From Azolla caroliniana (taxonomy: Eukaryota; Plantae; Polypodiophyta), in assembly GCA_043228905.1 (NCBI GenBank), contig JBHGNT010000002.1, positions 13,206,001 through 13,270,000 of the forward strand: a stretch of 64,000 bases of DNA. The letters are read 5' to 3'. This document shows, in pieces, positions 11,655-24,138 of this stretch (position 1 is its first letter; each line of letters begins with the position of its first letter). The position numbers and the translations under genes are program-made. Below the pieces are notes generated by a model. That model was not told the origin of the DNA, did not search any database, and saw only the letters and a program-made list of their open reading frames with translations.

Positions 11655-14600
11655 TGTTGAGAATCAAGCTCAACTTGGTCTAATGTGTGAACTAACCTTG
11701 AGAGTGAATAGACAGTCCAATGGTCAAGAGTCACCATTATGTCACCTCTTTGTATTCTAGCATTTAGTATGAGTCATAGAATCATATTCTATGACACATA
11801 ACTTATGAGCTTTCACATTCCCCATGCTCCATGAGTCGTGTAGTTAATGAAGAGAGAGGGTGACTATATAAAGTACCCTCCTCCCACCTTGCATGGTGTT
11901 GATTCTTTCTCCTTTGTTAATATACTTTACTTTGCGTATTCTCTATGTCTTACTCCTCGTCTCTCTCACTCTCTCCCTCTCTCCCTCTCATACACACATG
12001 GTTCACACCTATTCCGCTACACAAGAATCATACTCGATTCTTTACATGGTATCAAAGCGATTTGGTAGCTCCATCTAGCCCATCCGCATGTGTTGAGTTC
12101 TACGTCGACGTTCAAGAAGAACTGGCTCATCGCTATCGTAGCTTCGCTACATAGCTCGCATTCGAAGAGAGAAGAAGAAGAAGAAGAATCAACATAATGA
12201 ATACTCAAATGGGGAGCGCTCTCCCTACCGAGAAGTTGGATCGAAACAACTTCGCATCTTGGGAGTACAAGATGCACCAATACCTTGTCGAACAAGGCTA
12301 TTGGAGCTACATCAAAGGAGAGCACGAAGACCGACCCACCGAAGTGGCGCCTGGATCCGCGACATGGGAGCAAGCCGCAAGCCGCAAGACGCGTGATGTA
12401 TTGCTTGGCGACATGTGTTCACGATCACATGCTCGGCTACATTCGCGAAGCCAAGACGCCAAAGGAGGCATGGGAAAATCTACGAAAGATTTTCGCGGCG
12501 AACACAACCGCAAGAAGGCTTCAACTCCGTCAAGAGTTGAACAACATTCAACAAAGGGACATGTCCATCACGACATACACCTTGAAGATCAAGGAGCTTT
12601 GCGACTCGCTCGACTCGATAAGCGTAAGTATCGATGATGATGAGATGGTGCAAATATGCCTCGGCGTCCTCGCACCACGGTTCGGCGCGATGCGAACCGC
12701 CGTTCTAGCAACGGAGAAATCTCCCTCCTTCTTCGAGCTCCAATCAATGCTATTGGTCGAAGAAAACCACGTGCGTACAAGGAGCAATGAGTCAGAAGGA
12801 CACATGCTCTACACACACTCGAACGGAGGAAGAGGCGCGGACGAGTGAGAGGCCAATTCGGCCAAGGACAAGGCGGATGAGGTCCGATCTACGACAACAA
12901 TTCCCAGTTTCGGCCACAAAACGGAAGCCAATGAGGAACCTTCGCAAGAAGGGGGAGCTTCCACTCTGGCCCGAGCCGTCAAAACGCAACCGAATGCAAA
13001 TATTGTAGAAAGCTCGGCCACCACGAAGAAGAGTGCCGAAAGAAGATGCGCGAATCGGCTTCCACAAGCCGACAACTCATGAATTACGCACACAATTCCG
13101 ACCACGAAGAGTATAGTAGAATGTACGAGCACAACTCCGACTACGAAGATCGAGGCGGAATGTATGCACACAACTCCAACCGTGGCGGAATGTTCATGAT
13201 GAAACATAGAGCAAACTCTATGTCGGCCTCCACCTCAACTAGTGCCCTCAATCCGGAGGATGTATGGTTTGTTGACTCCGGAGCCTCAAACCATATGACA
13301 TCTCATAAAGAATGGTTTCTCGAACTTCAAGAGCCGGAGTGACCCGGTTATGTCGAAACCGGAGATGACACTACGCACTTGATTTGGCACATCGACAATG
13401 TTCCGTTCAGCGAAAGAGGTAAGCAAACATACATTAAAAATATCTTGCATGTTCCCACAATCATGAAGACCTCGCTCGGCCAAATGGTTGAGCAAGGGAT
13501 GCAAGTACGATTCGACCAAGAAGGGTGCTTCATCGAAAAAGAGGGCCGAATCATCGCGCGCGGAAGAAGACAGGGCCGGATGTTCATTCTCGATTCACAT
13601 GAGATGAAATTCGCCATGTTCACAAAAAGCACGAAAGCCGACTCTGACATAGAGCTATGGCACAAGCGAATCGGCCACATCAATCTCAACAAACTTAAAG
13701 CAATGAAATCGAAAGGAGTCATCATCGGACTCCCGACATTCAAAGAGAAGGAGATTGAAGGTGTATGCGAAGCGTGCCAATTCAGCAAGCAACACTGACA
13801 CCCATTCTTGAAAGACTCGAACATGGGCAAAGGTCTACTCGACGTAGTCCATTCCGACGTATGGGGTCCGGCTCAGACGACGACATTCGGCGGAAGCCGA
13901 TACTACATGACCTTCATCAACGACTTCTTTAGGCACACTTGGATCTATCTGATGCGGCAAAAGAGCGAAGTGTTCGGACACTTCCAAAAATTCAAGAATG
14001 AAGTCGAGAAAGCCACGGGCCGTCATGTACGATGCCTTCGATCGGATGGTGGCAAGGAGTACTTCTCAGACGATTTCACGGCGTATCTCCGAAAGGAAGG
14101 AATTCGGCGAGAATTCACTTGCCGACACACTCCGCAACAAAATGGAGTAGCCAAGCGCAAAAATCGGCACATCCTCGAAGTAGAGCGGGCCATGATGAAC
14201 GAGAAGCATATGCCCAAGTCATATTAGGCGGAAGTTGCAAATACGGCCGTCTACCTAATGAACCGGTGTACAACATCCGGAGTGCACGAGGTCACTCCGC
14301 ACGAAAAATATTTCGGAAAGAAGCCGGACTTATCACACACCCAGATATTCGGCGCGATAGCGTACGTGCACATCCCCGACGAGAAGCATCAAAGCTAAGA
14401 TGTACCAATCAGAGCTAAGAAAGCCCTAATCACTGCAAATGAAAAGCTCCGTCATTCCACCCGTGAAAAGAATCCGGTCAGCCGATTCGGCTACAAAGAC
14501 TACATGGCATATCACTATGCCTTTATGATGAAGGTGGCGACAGTACACGAGCTAGAAACATTTTCCGAAGCAGTCAAGGATCCGCGATGGATCGAAGCCA

Positions 14601-16736
14601 TGAACGAGGAGATGCATGCACTACGCAAGAACGAGACATGGGATCTCGTTCCCACCTCACCACACAAAAAGGCGATCAGATGTAGATGGATTTACAACGT
14701 GAAGTACAATGCCGACGGTTCCGTCAACCGCTACAAAGCGCGACTCATAGCGAAAGGCTACGCACAAATGCACGGAGTTGACTACAAAGAGACCTTTGCT
14801 CCGGTGGCAAAGATGACGACGGTACGGACTGTAATTGCACTTGCCGCGGCGAAAGGGTGGCGCCTCCATCAAATGGACGTCAAGAATGCCTTTCTACAAG
14901 GTGAATTAGAAGAGGAGGTGTACATGATACAACCACCTGGCTTCAACTCGAGCACCCATCCGAAAGCAGTATGCCGACTCAAGAAGCCACTCTACGGCCT
15001 CAAGCAAGTACCACATGCTTGGCATTCGAAGATAATGCAATATCTTCATCAAATCAGCTTTTGTATGTCAAAATCGGACAACTCCCTCTACATATGAAGC
15101 GATTTTGCAAGTCCGATCGTCATCATCTTATATGTGGATGACCTAGTCATTGAAGGTGAGCATCTCATCAAAATCAATAAGGTCAAATCCCTCCTTTCCG
15201 ACAAGTTCGAGATGACGGACATGAAGGAGCTCCACTACTTCCTCGGCATCGAGGTCATTCGGACTCCGACCGGAATCATGATCTCTCAACGACACTACAT
15301 CCTCAACTTACTATACAAGTTCGGGATGGTTGAGTGCAAATCCGTGGCAACCCCGCTCGATCGCAATCTTAAACTCGATGTGAACTCCGGCACCAAAGCA
15401 TGTGAGCCGACTTAGTATCGGCAACTCATCGGGAGTCTCATCTACCTCACGATCACTCAACCCGATCTCAGTTATCCGGTCAGTCTCCTTAGCCAATTCA
15501 TGCAAACACCGCGTGATACTCACTTGGACTGCGTTAAGCGAGTTCTACGATACGTGAGCGGCACAATGGATTGCAGCATCCTCTACAAGACCGTGATGCC
15601 AATACGACTCGAGGGGTACACAGACGCCGATTGGGCCGGCTACAAAGCCGATAGAAGATCAACTCCGGATTTGTTTTTTCCCTTGGCAGCGGAGCAGTAT
15701 CCTAGAGCAGCAAAAGGCAACCAACCATCGCTCTTTCGAGCATAGAGGCGGAATACAGGAGCGCGGTAGTGGCCGCATGTGAAGCCGTATGGCTCAAAAG
15801 GATACTCAAGGATCTGAGCGTACCTATCAAGGATCCAACTTCCCTTTACTGCGACAACATGAGCAATATCTATCTAGCTCGGAACCTGGTGTTCCACGCG
15901 CGGACAAAGCACATCGAAGTGCACTATCACTTCATCCGAGAGCGCATTCTAGCTGGCGATGTCGACCTACAACACATTAGCACAAATCTTCAAACCGCCG
16001 ACATCTTCACTAAAGCCTTAGGAGCCGACAAGCTATGGAAATACATGACCGATCTCAGATTGATGATCCCTGACCTACCAAGCTTGAGGGGGAGTACTGA
16101 AGACATTACGCAATAATGTGTGGATTTCGCAACTGCACAACGAAGCCGCGAAGAGCCGATCCACCGTGCAAAGCCGCGAAGAAAGATGCAAGCCGAAGCA
16201 TAGACTTCGCAACTACACACAACGCAAGCTGGAGCACGGATTCCACAACTCTGCATAAATGCGAGTCGACACGGACTCTAGAACGCAAGTCAAAACGGAT
16301 TTTGGATACCGTCTAAAATCGACCCGACTTGAGCTTGAGGGGGTGTGTTGAGAATCAAGCTCAACTTGGTCTAGTGTGTGAACTCACCCTTTAGAGTGAA
16401 TAGACACTCCAACGGTCAAGAGTCACCATTATGTCACCTCTTTTTATTCTAGCATTTAGTATGAGTCATAGAATCATATTCTATGACACATAACTTATGA
16501 GCTTTCACATTCCCCATGCTCCATGAGTCTTGTAGTTAATGAAGAGAGAGGGTGACTATATACAACACCCTCCTCCCACCTTGTATGGTGTCAAGTCTTT
16601 CTCCTTTGTTAATATACTTTACTTTGCGTATTCTCTGTGTCTTACTCCTCGTCTCTCTCACACACTCTCTCTCCCTCTCATACACACACAGTTCACACCT
16701 ATTTCGCTACACAAGAATCATACCCGATTCTTTACA
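11655..16736 (+). mobile_element. Copia-2: full-length decayed Ty1/Copia LTR retrotransposon
   Basis: LTRs 11655-12046 and 16346-16736. TSD GTATC at 11650-11654 and 16737-16741. PBS TGGTATCAAAGC at 12047. PPT immediately before 16346. Confidence 0.96.
12197..16116 (+). pseudogene. Copia-2 gag-pol, many stops and frameshifts, deletion after the integrase core (near 14400)
   Basis: WFVDSGASNHMT, HSDVWGP, LRSDGGKEY, QMDVKNAFL, YTDADWAG, RTKHIEVHYHF. The integrase C-terminal region present in Copia-1 is missing. Confidence 0.93.
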
Positions 16737-16809
16737 GTATCTTGTTGTGCAATATATTTCTTTGCATTTTTTATATGCTTCTTTTTCTCTTGAAAAAACA
16801 ACGATTTTA

Positions 16810-17340
16810 GTACAATTCGAGTTCATGTTTAAAACAACTCTATTATTTGAAAAAAAAGAACATTTTGAAACATGAACTCAATACATTATATTGAGCTAAT
16901 GTGAAAAGTAGATTTTTCATCACAATTTGATACAATATATCGACTTCATGTTTAAAGTATATTTTGTAATATTTTTTTGATTAAAACAAATTTGTTTTGA
17001 TTTTTTCATTATTTTTTGGGGAAAAATAACTTTAAACATAAATTCGACACATTGTATCAAATTGTCATGAAAATTTTGGTTTTTTCATCACTTCAAGCTC
17101 AAAAAAAATAAACCAAAATAATAATAATAATAATTAAAAAGAAAACTTTAAACATGAACTCGATACAATGTTGAAAAACAAAGTTTTCAACATGAACTTG
17201 ATACATTGTATCAAGTTTGTGTTGAAAACTAAGCTTTTCAACATGAACTCGATACCTTAGTTTTCAACATGAACTCGATACAATGTATCGAGTTCATGTA
17301 AAAAATTGAGTTTTCAACATGAACTCGATACATTGTAGCG
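16810..17340. repeat. Cluster of direct and inverted AACATGAACTCGATACA motifs in AT-rich DNA
   Basis: About ten copies in both orientations. A perfect 16-bp inverted repeat with a 1-nt spacer at 17267-17299. Confidence 0.75.
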
Positions 17341-18169
17341 AATTACACTATGAAGTCTCTGTTTTACTATGAAGATTATCAAGTTGTTGAATAAATTGTA
17401 TATTTTCACAAATAATCTCTATTTTTGTAAGGAATTTCTATTTTTTTCCAAGATTTTCCATTAGAAAAATTGCTTGATGGGAGTGTTTTTACTGCACTAT
17501 TTAGTGTTTGTTTCGCATATTATTTAACAAAAATTCATTAATTTTTGCGATATTTCGGATCTACTTGTCTCTTTTTGGCATTTGGAGCCCTTTTTTAGAG
17601 TTAATCAACATATGATGATGACCATTTATGTTCAAACAACTTGAGAAGATGATGAAAGATTTCGCGCAAACAATATCCTTATGGATAATTGTTGTATTCA
17701 ATAGCATGGACCAAGGATACTCTATAGCACAAGCTTTGAGATCTCAATGCCATGGGATAGAAAACCTTGCATAGTAAGGAATATTTATCTTACATGGAGA
17801 GTTTTGATTTTCCCATCAATACATTCTACTTATTATTGATATTTGTAATTTGAAATGTTGTCCAATGTAGGAGATTGGATACAAGATTTGTTCTCTGACT
17901 CGGGTAAATTATTATAACTTTGTTTGCTATGCCTTTAGAAATCAATATAGTTTATGTTTAGCTAAAGCAATCTTCATTTTAAATTGTTAATGTGTGTACT
18001 ACATCTGCATCTAGATTGAAGCTATTCAGAAATACTCTTGCACTTACGAAGGATGATGAGCAAGTGAGTATTCGCTTTTTCGGCCGATCTGGCATCTAGT
18101 CCAGAACTGGGCCTAGCCAACTGGATCAATTCCGGTCTGACCTATCGGCTTATGCAGCGAGTTCGGCTC

Positions 18170-18667
18170 ATGTTGAGCTTGTTGTTATGTACACATAACG
18201 TTGGTGAGGGTAGGTCACTAATATTTACATTAGTGAAGGGTATGTTCACTAATGTTAAAAAGGGAACTAATGATTGGATAGAAGGAATGATAGGTGCATG
18301 CACTATCATGATTTGGACAACCAATGAATGGAGAGCCTTTTAGAAAGGCGCATCTATTCAAGGGGCTTAGGAAAAGGTATAAATATAAGGCTTAGCTACC
18401 CTCATAAGGACATTACGTTGGAAGGTTGTTGTCTTAGACACTAATGGTGCGGGCTAGGCTTTTGTCTTCATGATCGTGTTTATCTCTTCCAAGGTATTAG
18501 TCATCCTAATATCCGGCGGTATGGGACGTCGATGGTAGGTTGGCTATGTCTAGATCATAGCTCGGGGGTGGTCGGGTGAAACGGGTTCTTCTATCCATTC
18601 TATTTTCCTTCTTTTACTTTAGTTTGGTCTATTGATTAGTATAGACTCTTAACAGTGGTATCAGAGC
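18170..18667 (+). mobile_element. Remnant LTR plus tRNA-iMet PBS of a truncated LTR element
   Basis: TTAACA ends at 18654, then TGGTATCAGAGC at 18656-18667. TATAAATA near 18380. The left boundary is a guess. Confidence 0.55.
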
Positions 18668-19084
18668 TTTTACTAACAATTTTTTTTGTTGTTTTGATAT
18701 TTTTTGCGTGTGAGCGATGGGGATCTAACAAGGCTCGTCATGCTCTTCTTAGGATCAAAACAACACTCTAAACCCGGTATTCTTCTTTCTCAATTTCTCT
18801 TCTTTCTATGATGCGTTCTTGTTGGTTGAATCAAATTTGTATTACGTTTTCTTTTCTTTTTTTTCTTCTTTCTACCATGATACAATTTTAATCGGGCTGA
18901 GCGTGTTTGCACTAATCGCACACGCTCAACTCATGGTCCTTTTGTATATTGCGATGTATCTCCTATGCTCCCCTCTCTTGAGCCTTCTCTTACGATATTA
19001 ATTATTGTTGTGCATTGGGTCGAGCTTGTTTGCCCTAATCACACACGCTCACCTCATGGCCCTTTTGCATATGATGTTGAGTGT

Positions 19085-19313
19085 GCCACTCTTCCCTCTA
19101 TTGAGCCATCACTTGGCCGAGTCTATGGGATATTGTGGTCATGACGAGGTGTATTTTGCCTACCTATGCCACTCTACTCTCTATTGAGCCATCACTTGGC
19201 CAATTCTATGGGATGTTGTGGCCTTGACGAGGTATATGTCGCTTACCTATGTCACTTTATTCTTTATTGAGCCATCACTTGCCTGATTCTAGGGAGATGT
19301 GGTGGTCTTGAGG
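19085..19313 (+). repeat. Degenerate tandem repeats of about 84 bp (CTATTGAGCCATCACTTGGCC...)
   Basis: The motif recurs near 19098, 19181 and 19265. Confidence 0.6.
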
Positions 19314-19670
19314 TGTCATGATATGGCAAGACTCGAACCCATGACCTTATGGTATATGGATGGAGCTCTTAACCATCACACTATCTATTGTAATTCATAG
19401 GATATTATTTTCATTTATGTTTTATTATAAGAAAGTAATGTATATTCCAGATTTCTCTGGAACATTCTAGAAGTTTCAGGATTACTCCTGATAACACTAT
19501 AAAAGAAGGCACTAGGCATTATGTTGAACCAAATTGGTTCAACGCTAGTCTTAAGCCTCTTAGCCGCTTGTACTTATCTTTTTCGCATAATATATTAGCT
19601 GTTGTCATCATCTTTCTCTCTCTGTCATCCTCGCTATCTCTCTCTCTCCTCTTCTCACTTCCTCTCTCTC
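19314..19670 (+). repeat. Truncated LTR of the chromovirus family seen at 59377-59773
   Basis: TGTCATGATATGGCAAGACTCGAACCCATGACC matches the reverse complement of 59741-59773. Same TATA and GTTGAACCAAATTGGTTCAAC palindrome. Truncated in the CT-rich tract. Confidence 0.85.
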
Positions 19671-22600
19671 GTTGTCAACGAAGCATCTGTTGTCAATGTT
19701 CTTAGGAATCTACCGATGAGTAACCACTCTCCTTCGTACTCGTTCTCGTTGAAGGCGTGGAGGGTTTGCGTGTCCTGGTCTTCCGCCGACAATCGAGCCA
19801 TCTTGAAGAAGTCGAGGGCGACATCTTCATCTTCCGAAACCATGTTACTTCCGTTTGAAAATCTTGCCCTCGACAGCATGTCAGCCATGGCGTTCTTCTT
19901 CCCTACAATGTGACGGATCTCTGGGTTTAAAGACTTGATGTAGGCGATCCACCTTAGCATAGCAAGATCTGGGGTCGCACATCCCGAGACCATTCCGAGA
20001 ATTGGGAGACAATCTGTCTCTATTATCACTTCTGACCCGATCAGGTAATCTTTGTCCGTCTTCACTGCCGACACAATACCCCAAAGTTCCCGCTTGACTT
20101 GGGCATATCTTTGTTGTCGTTCGCTGAGAACCTTTGCTCCGAACCGGACGGCATATCGCGCATTATCTTCACCTTCTTGATTGATGACCCACCCGATTCC
20201 GGTTGGGCTCGTATCTACGGTCACGTAAATTGGTTTTCTTCGGCATAGTCGGCCTTCCTTAGTGCCGGAGCTTCAAGAAGCAGTTTCTTTAATCTTCACA
20301 TCGCATTTGTGTGCTCGTCTCGCCATTCGAACTTCATTCTTTTCTTTAGTAATCCATATAACGGTTCGGCGACATGAGCGTAGTGAGGAATCCATATATG
20401 ATAAAACGCGCACGCTCCAAGGAATCTTCGAACCTTCGTTTGGTTTTCGCATTCTTCTTTCATGTCTTGGATTGCGTTCACTTTGGATGGCGAGGGCTTT
20501 CGGCCGAATGCTCCACACAAGTGACCTACCACCAAGATCTCCGGTTGCCCGAATGCGGATTTTTCTCCCGAAAATGTCAAATTCGCATCTTCGAGCCTTT
20601 GAAGCACCTTCTCGCAATCTTTCATATGATCCGCAACGAACTTTCTACAACCCTCCTTATCTTTCGATTCATCTTTCTCCTCATCCGAACATCCTTTTAT
20701 CGGAATATCATCCAAGAATGGCATCGTGATGTCCGGGATGCAATCCTTCAAGACTTTATTCATGGAATTCACCATATGAGCCACCGAGTTCGTTGCGCCT
20801 TGGGGTAAGGTACACATCCGCACAAGCCAGATCAGAGTCCTCATGGTTGTAATGTCCTGACTGTCGATCGCCAATTGGAATTGGTCATATCCGGAGTAGA
20901 GATCGCCAATGGAGTAGATGGACCGGCCCACAAACGCTTCGGCAAATTCGTCCACGCTCGGACCGATTCCGGCATTTCGAATTGTCACCTTGTAGACGGG
21001 TTGAAGATCTTGGATGAATCGCAATGATCCATTCTTCTTCGGCACCATGAACCACCTATTGGAATAAGGAGCATTCAACGGTTCTAGAATTCCCATACTC
21101 ACCTTCTCCTTTAAGAGCTCGATCAGCTTTGGAAGGTGTGCTCTCGGAACCGGTATCGGTTTCAAATTCCAAGGCACATGAGACATCGTGAAGATCACCA
21201 TCGGCTCTATAACTTTTGGGTCGGCGCATCCGATTTCTCGTGGGAAGAATGCGAAAGCCTTCCCATGTCTCTCAAGCATATCGCGAAACATTCGCTCCTC
21301 TTCAGGGAGAAGGAAATCCTCCTTTCCAACTCGTAGCTTCCCCTTCGTCTCTTTGGTGAAGACATGACCTATCTTATTCGGATCTCTTAAGCTTGGATAG
21401 TTAGCGACTTCCTTCATCTTTTGCCAGCTATCTTCCGGTAGCGGAACCGCAACTAGCTTGATCTTCTTATCCACCGTTTTATATTTCGTGTTGATGTCAG
21501 CTTCCTTCATCGAGATGCCACGACGGTATTCATCGATGATAGCGTACATGTTGACGGAGTTAACCGAAATCACGCGTTGATAGTGAAGATAGCTCAAGTC
21601 CACGACGTCCTCGATTTCGCCGATGGTGTCGTTAAATGAGGCTTCTTCCATAATATGAGTCACGAACTCTCCTTCTTCTATTATGTTTTCTTCTTTCAGC
21701 ATCTTCTCGAATTCTTGTATCCGGCGCTTGTGCTTCTTGTCGGGTAGTACTAGTTTACATGCGCCACTAGGTGTGACACATGTTGCTTCTCCTCGCAATC
21801 CACACACTATTCTTTCTTGTGGGGTCTTGTGATTGCTCGGACTATTTGTGCCCCATGCTTCAATAGTCCGCTCTAAAAATCCGAGGATTCGCCTCCGAGA
21901 CTATCTCGATTCCTTTCATGATTGGCCCGCACCGTTAGGAATTGGACCGATCTTTGGTTGTCAAGACTCTTTATTCGTGCGAAGGCTGCTCCATTATCGA
22001 ACACTTTGGTCTCCATCCGAGATGATGTGATATAAGGTTGCCCTAGGATGACAGGATGCAACGCCGATTCTTGTACGAAGAAGTGTTGATCCATCTCCAC
22101 ATCCCCAATCGTGACTTTGATATTGGAACAAGCTCCGTACAAGTCCTCCGTAGACTTTGTTGCCGCGCGAATCTTCCATCCGTGGTTTGTATTGATTGGC
22201 CACCTTCCCTTTTTGTAGAAGTCGGTTGACATGAGGTTAATCTCCAAGCCGTGGTTGATCAAGGCTACCACGGTCTCTTTCTTCTCCCCGATCTTCACCG
22301 GCGTCTCCATTGTCGCTCGTGCCCAATGAGGTCGAGTGTAGTGGTTGTCCACCATATCTTCATCGATTTCGTCTCTTGCCATCGTTATGGCATTCGTTTT
22401 TTCTTTTTGCGACTTCTCTTCTTCCTCGTCCAATTGTTGTCTCTTTCTCTTTACAAGTTCCACGATCGTGTCATGGAACTCCTTCTTCGTAATGCCAAGC
22501 AATTCCCTCAAGGACAAAGTTATGTGGCTATCAAGAACTCGTTCTTCGAGAATCTTCTTTAGGTCCGTCGTCTGCTCTATGTCCGACCTTAGCTTATAGG

Positions 22601-24077
22601 TAGGTATAGTCCTTGTCCTCCGAGCGGGGTCTTCGACACCCACCTTCACGGGACGAACCGTTTCTTCAACTCGTATGCTAGGCTCCCCTTTTCGGCTTGA
22701 TTCTCGTTCCTCCGTTTGTAAAGGTCGACTCGTCTCCGCATCGTCCTTCTTTTTCGCGTTCCTTGTTTCTTGTCTTTTTGATGGGACTTGCTCTTCTATT
22801 CTCTTTCTCTTTTCTTCGACGAACACCTCGTGGTTGTCGCACATCACTTCTGCGAGTATGGTGTTGTCGTCCACCGGATCCGACCACCCGGTTATGCTTT
22901 GCACGCTTCGGTCCGCAAGCTCTACCTCGTTCGATGTGACTTTTCCCTTCTTCTCATATTCGAGAACGGAAGTCCAAAACTTTGCTCTTGCTCTAGCAGC
23001 TTCAGTCTTGTCTTTCCCGACTCTTATTCCGGCCGATGCAGCATAGTGCATCGCATCCACATGAGTCGCATCGGCATCCTCCATAGATTTCTTCATTCCT
23101 CCTCTTCCGAAATTCACCCGTAGGGGTCTTCTAGTCTCGCTTGAGCAAATCATGTTTTCCTCTATGTATACGATATTTTGTCGAATCGCCTCTCGAAGGC
23201 TTGCACAATCCCTTCTCATGTGGTCCATGCTATCGCACCACACGCATCTAAAGGGTTCTTTTCCTTTAGGGCCCCGACGATTCATGTTGGCTAGCGTGAC
23301 CTTCTCGAACTTCTTCGCTAGCTCTTCAATGATGTCGTCATCAATCTTCTTTTCTTCCACGTTACTTTGTCTTGGCGGCTCAACTACTTTTGGCGGTCTT
23401 GCTTTCTCCATGGTAGTCGGTCCCGTCAAGTCAGTGTCATCAACCCATTGGCGACACTTGTCGAGCCTATTGCATGCCTGCTTCACCGCGATCTAGTCCG
23501 CTATGAGCCCATTTGCTTGGGTATCATCTTCGAGAAGAGTCCCCAACTCTCGTCTATCCTTTATGTCCACAGCCTTCAAGAAGTACAAAGTCATGTCCTC
23601 TTCAAGCAATACTTGGTCCGTATTGGGGAGACGACTAAACATCTGGTCGAATTCGTCGTACACCCTCAAGACGCCCATCTTCTTATTCTTCTTCTCTATC
23701 CACTTCATCAGGGCATGTCGAGTCATCCTCGTTGAGTCTTCAGTCACGAACTCCGCTAGTATCGTTTTCTCGAACTTGGACCATGTTGTCTTACCTTCTT
23801 GAAGCTCGATGACGCGTCTTTGGATGTTGTTGGTGACAACTCTCTTGAAGCTTGCGATTTGACGTGCCTCGGACACGTCCCTCTGATTCATCTCCCTTCT
23901 ATATGCATCAAGGAACTTCGTAACGTTCCTTCCATCAAATTGGCCCTCGAGCTCTACGACACGATCGACAGCCTTCTCCACGCTCGCGTCATTGTCCCGA
24001 GATCTCATCATTTGCTCAACGATTAGCATCATCCTTTCGACCTCTCCCGCTTGGTTGCTTGAGGACGCCATCTCCAA
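19655..24077 (-). pseudogene. Gypsy-2 gag-protease-RT-RNase H
   Basis: CVWCDSMDHMRRDC knuckle, degenerate protease ALINHGLEINLM, RT, and RNase H (TVDTSPTGIGW, RELWGIV, ETDCLP, NAMADMLSR). The stop at 23493 corresponds to Trp in the homologue 61462-62766. Confidence 0.9.
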
Positions 24078-24138
24078 GTATTAATCTCGACTTGATCCTT
24101 CCTACCGCCTCTTTCACGTCGGGTTCACCACTTAATTA

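Noticed and set aside
23487-23495. Programmed stop-codon readthrough in Gypsy-2 gag
   Set aside because: Homologues at 61462-62766 and 30243-30536 have Trp at this position, so a TGG-to-TAG mutation is the simpler explanation.
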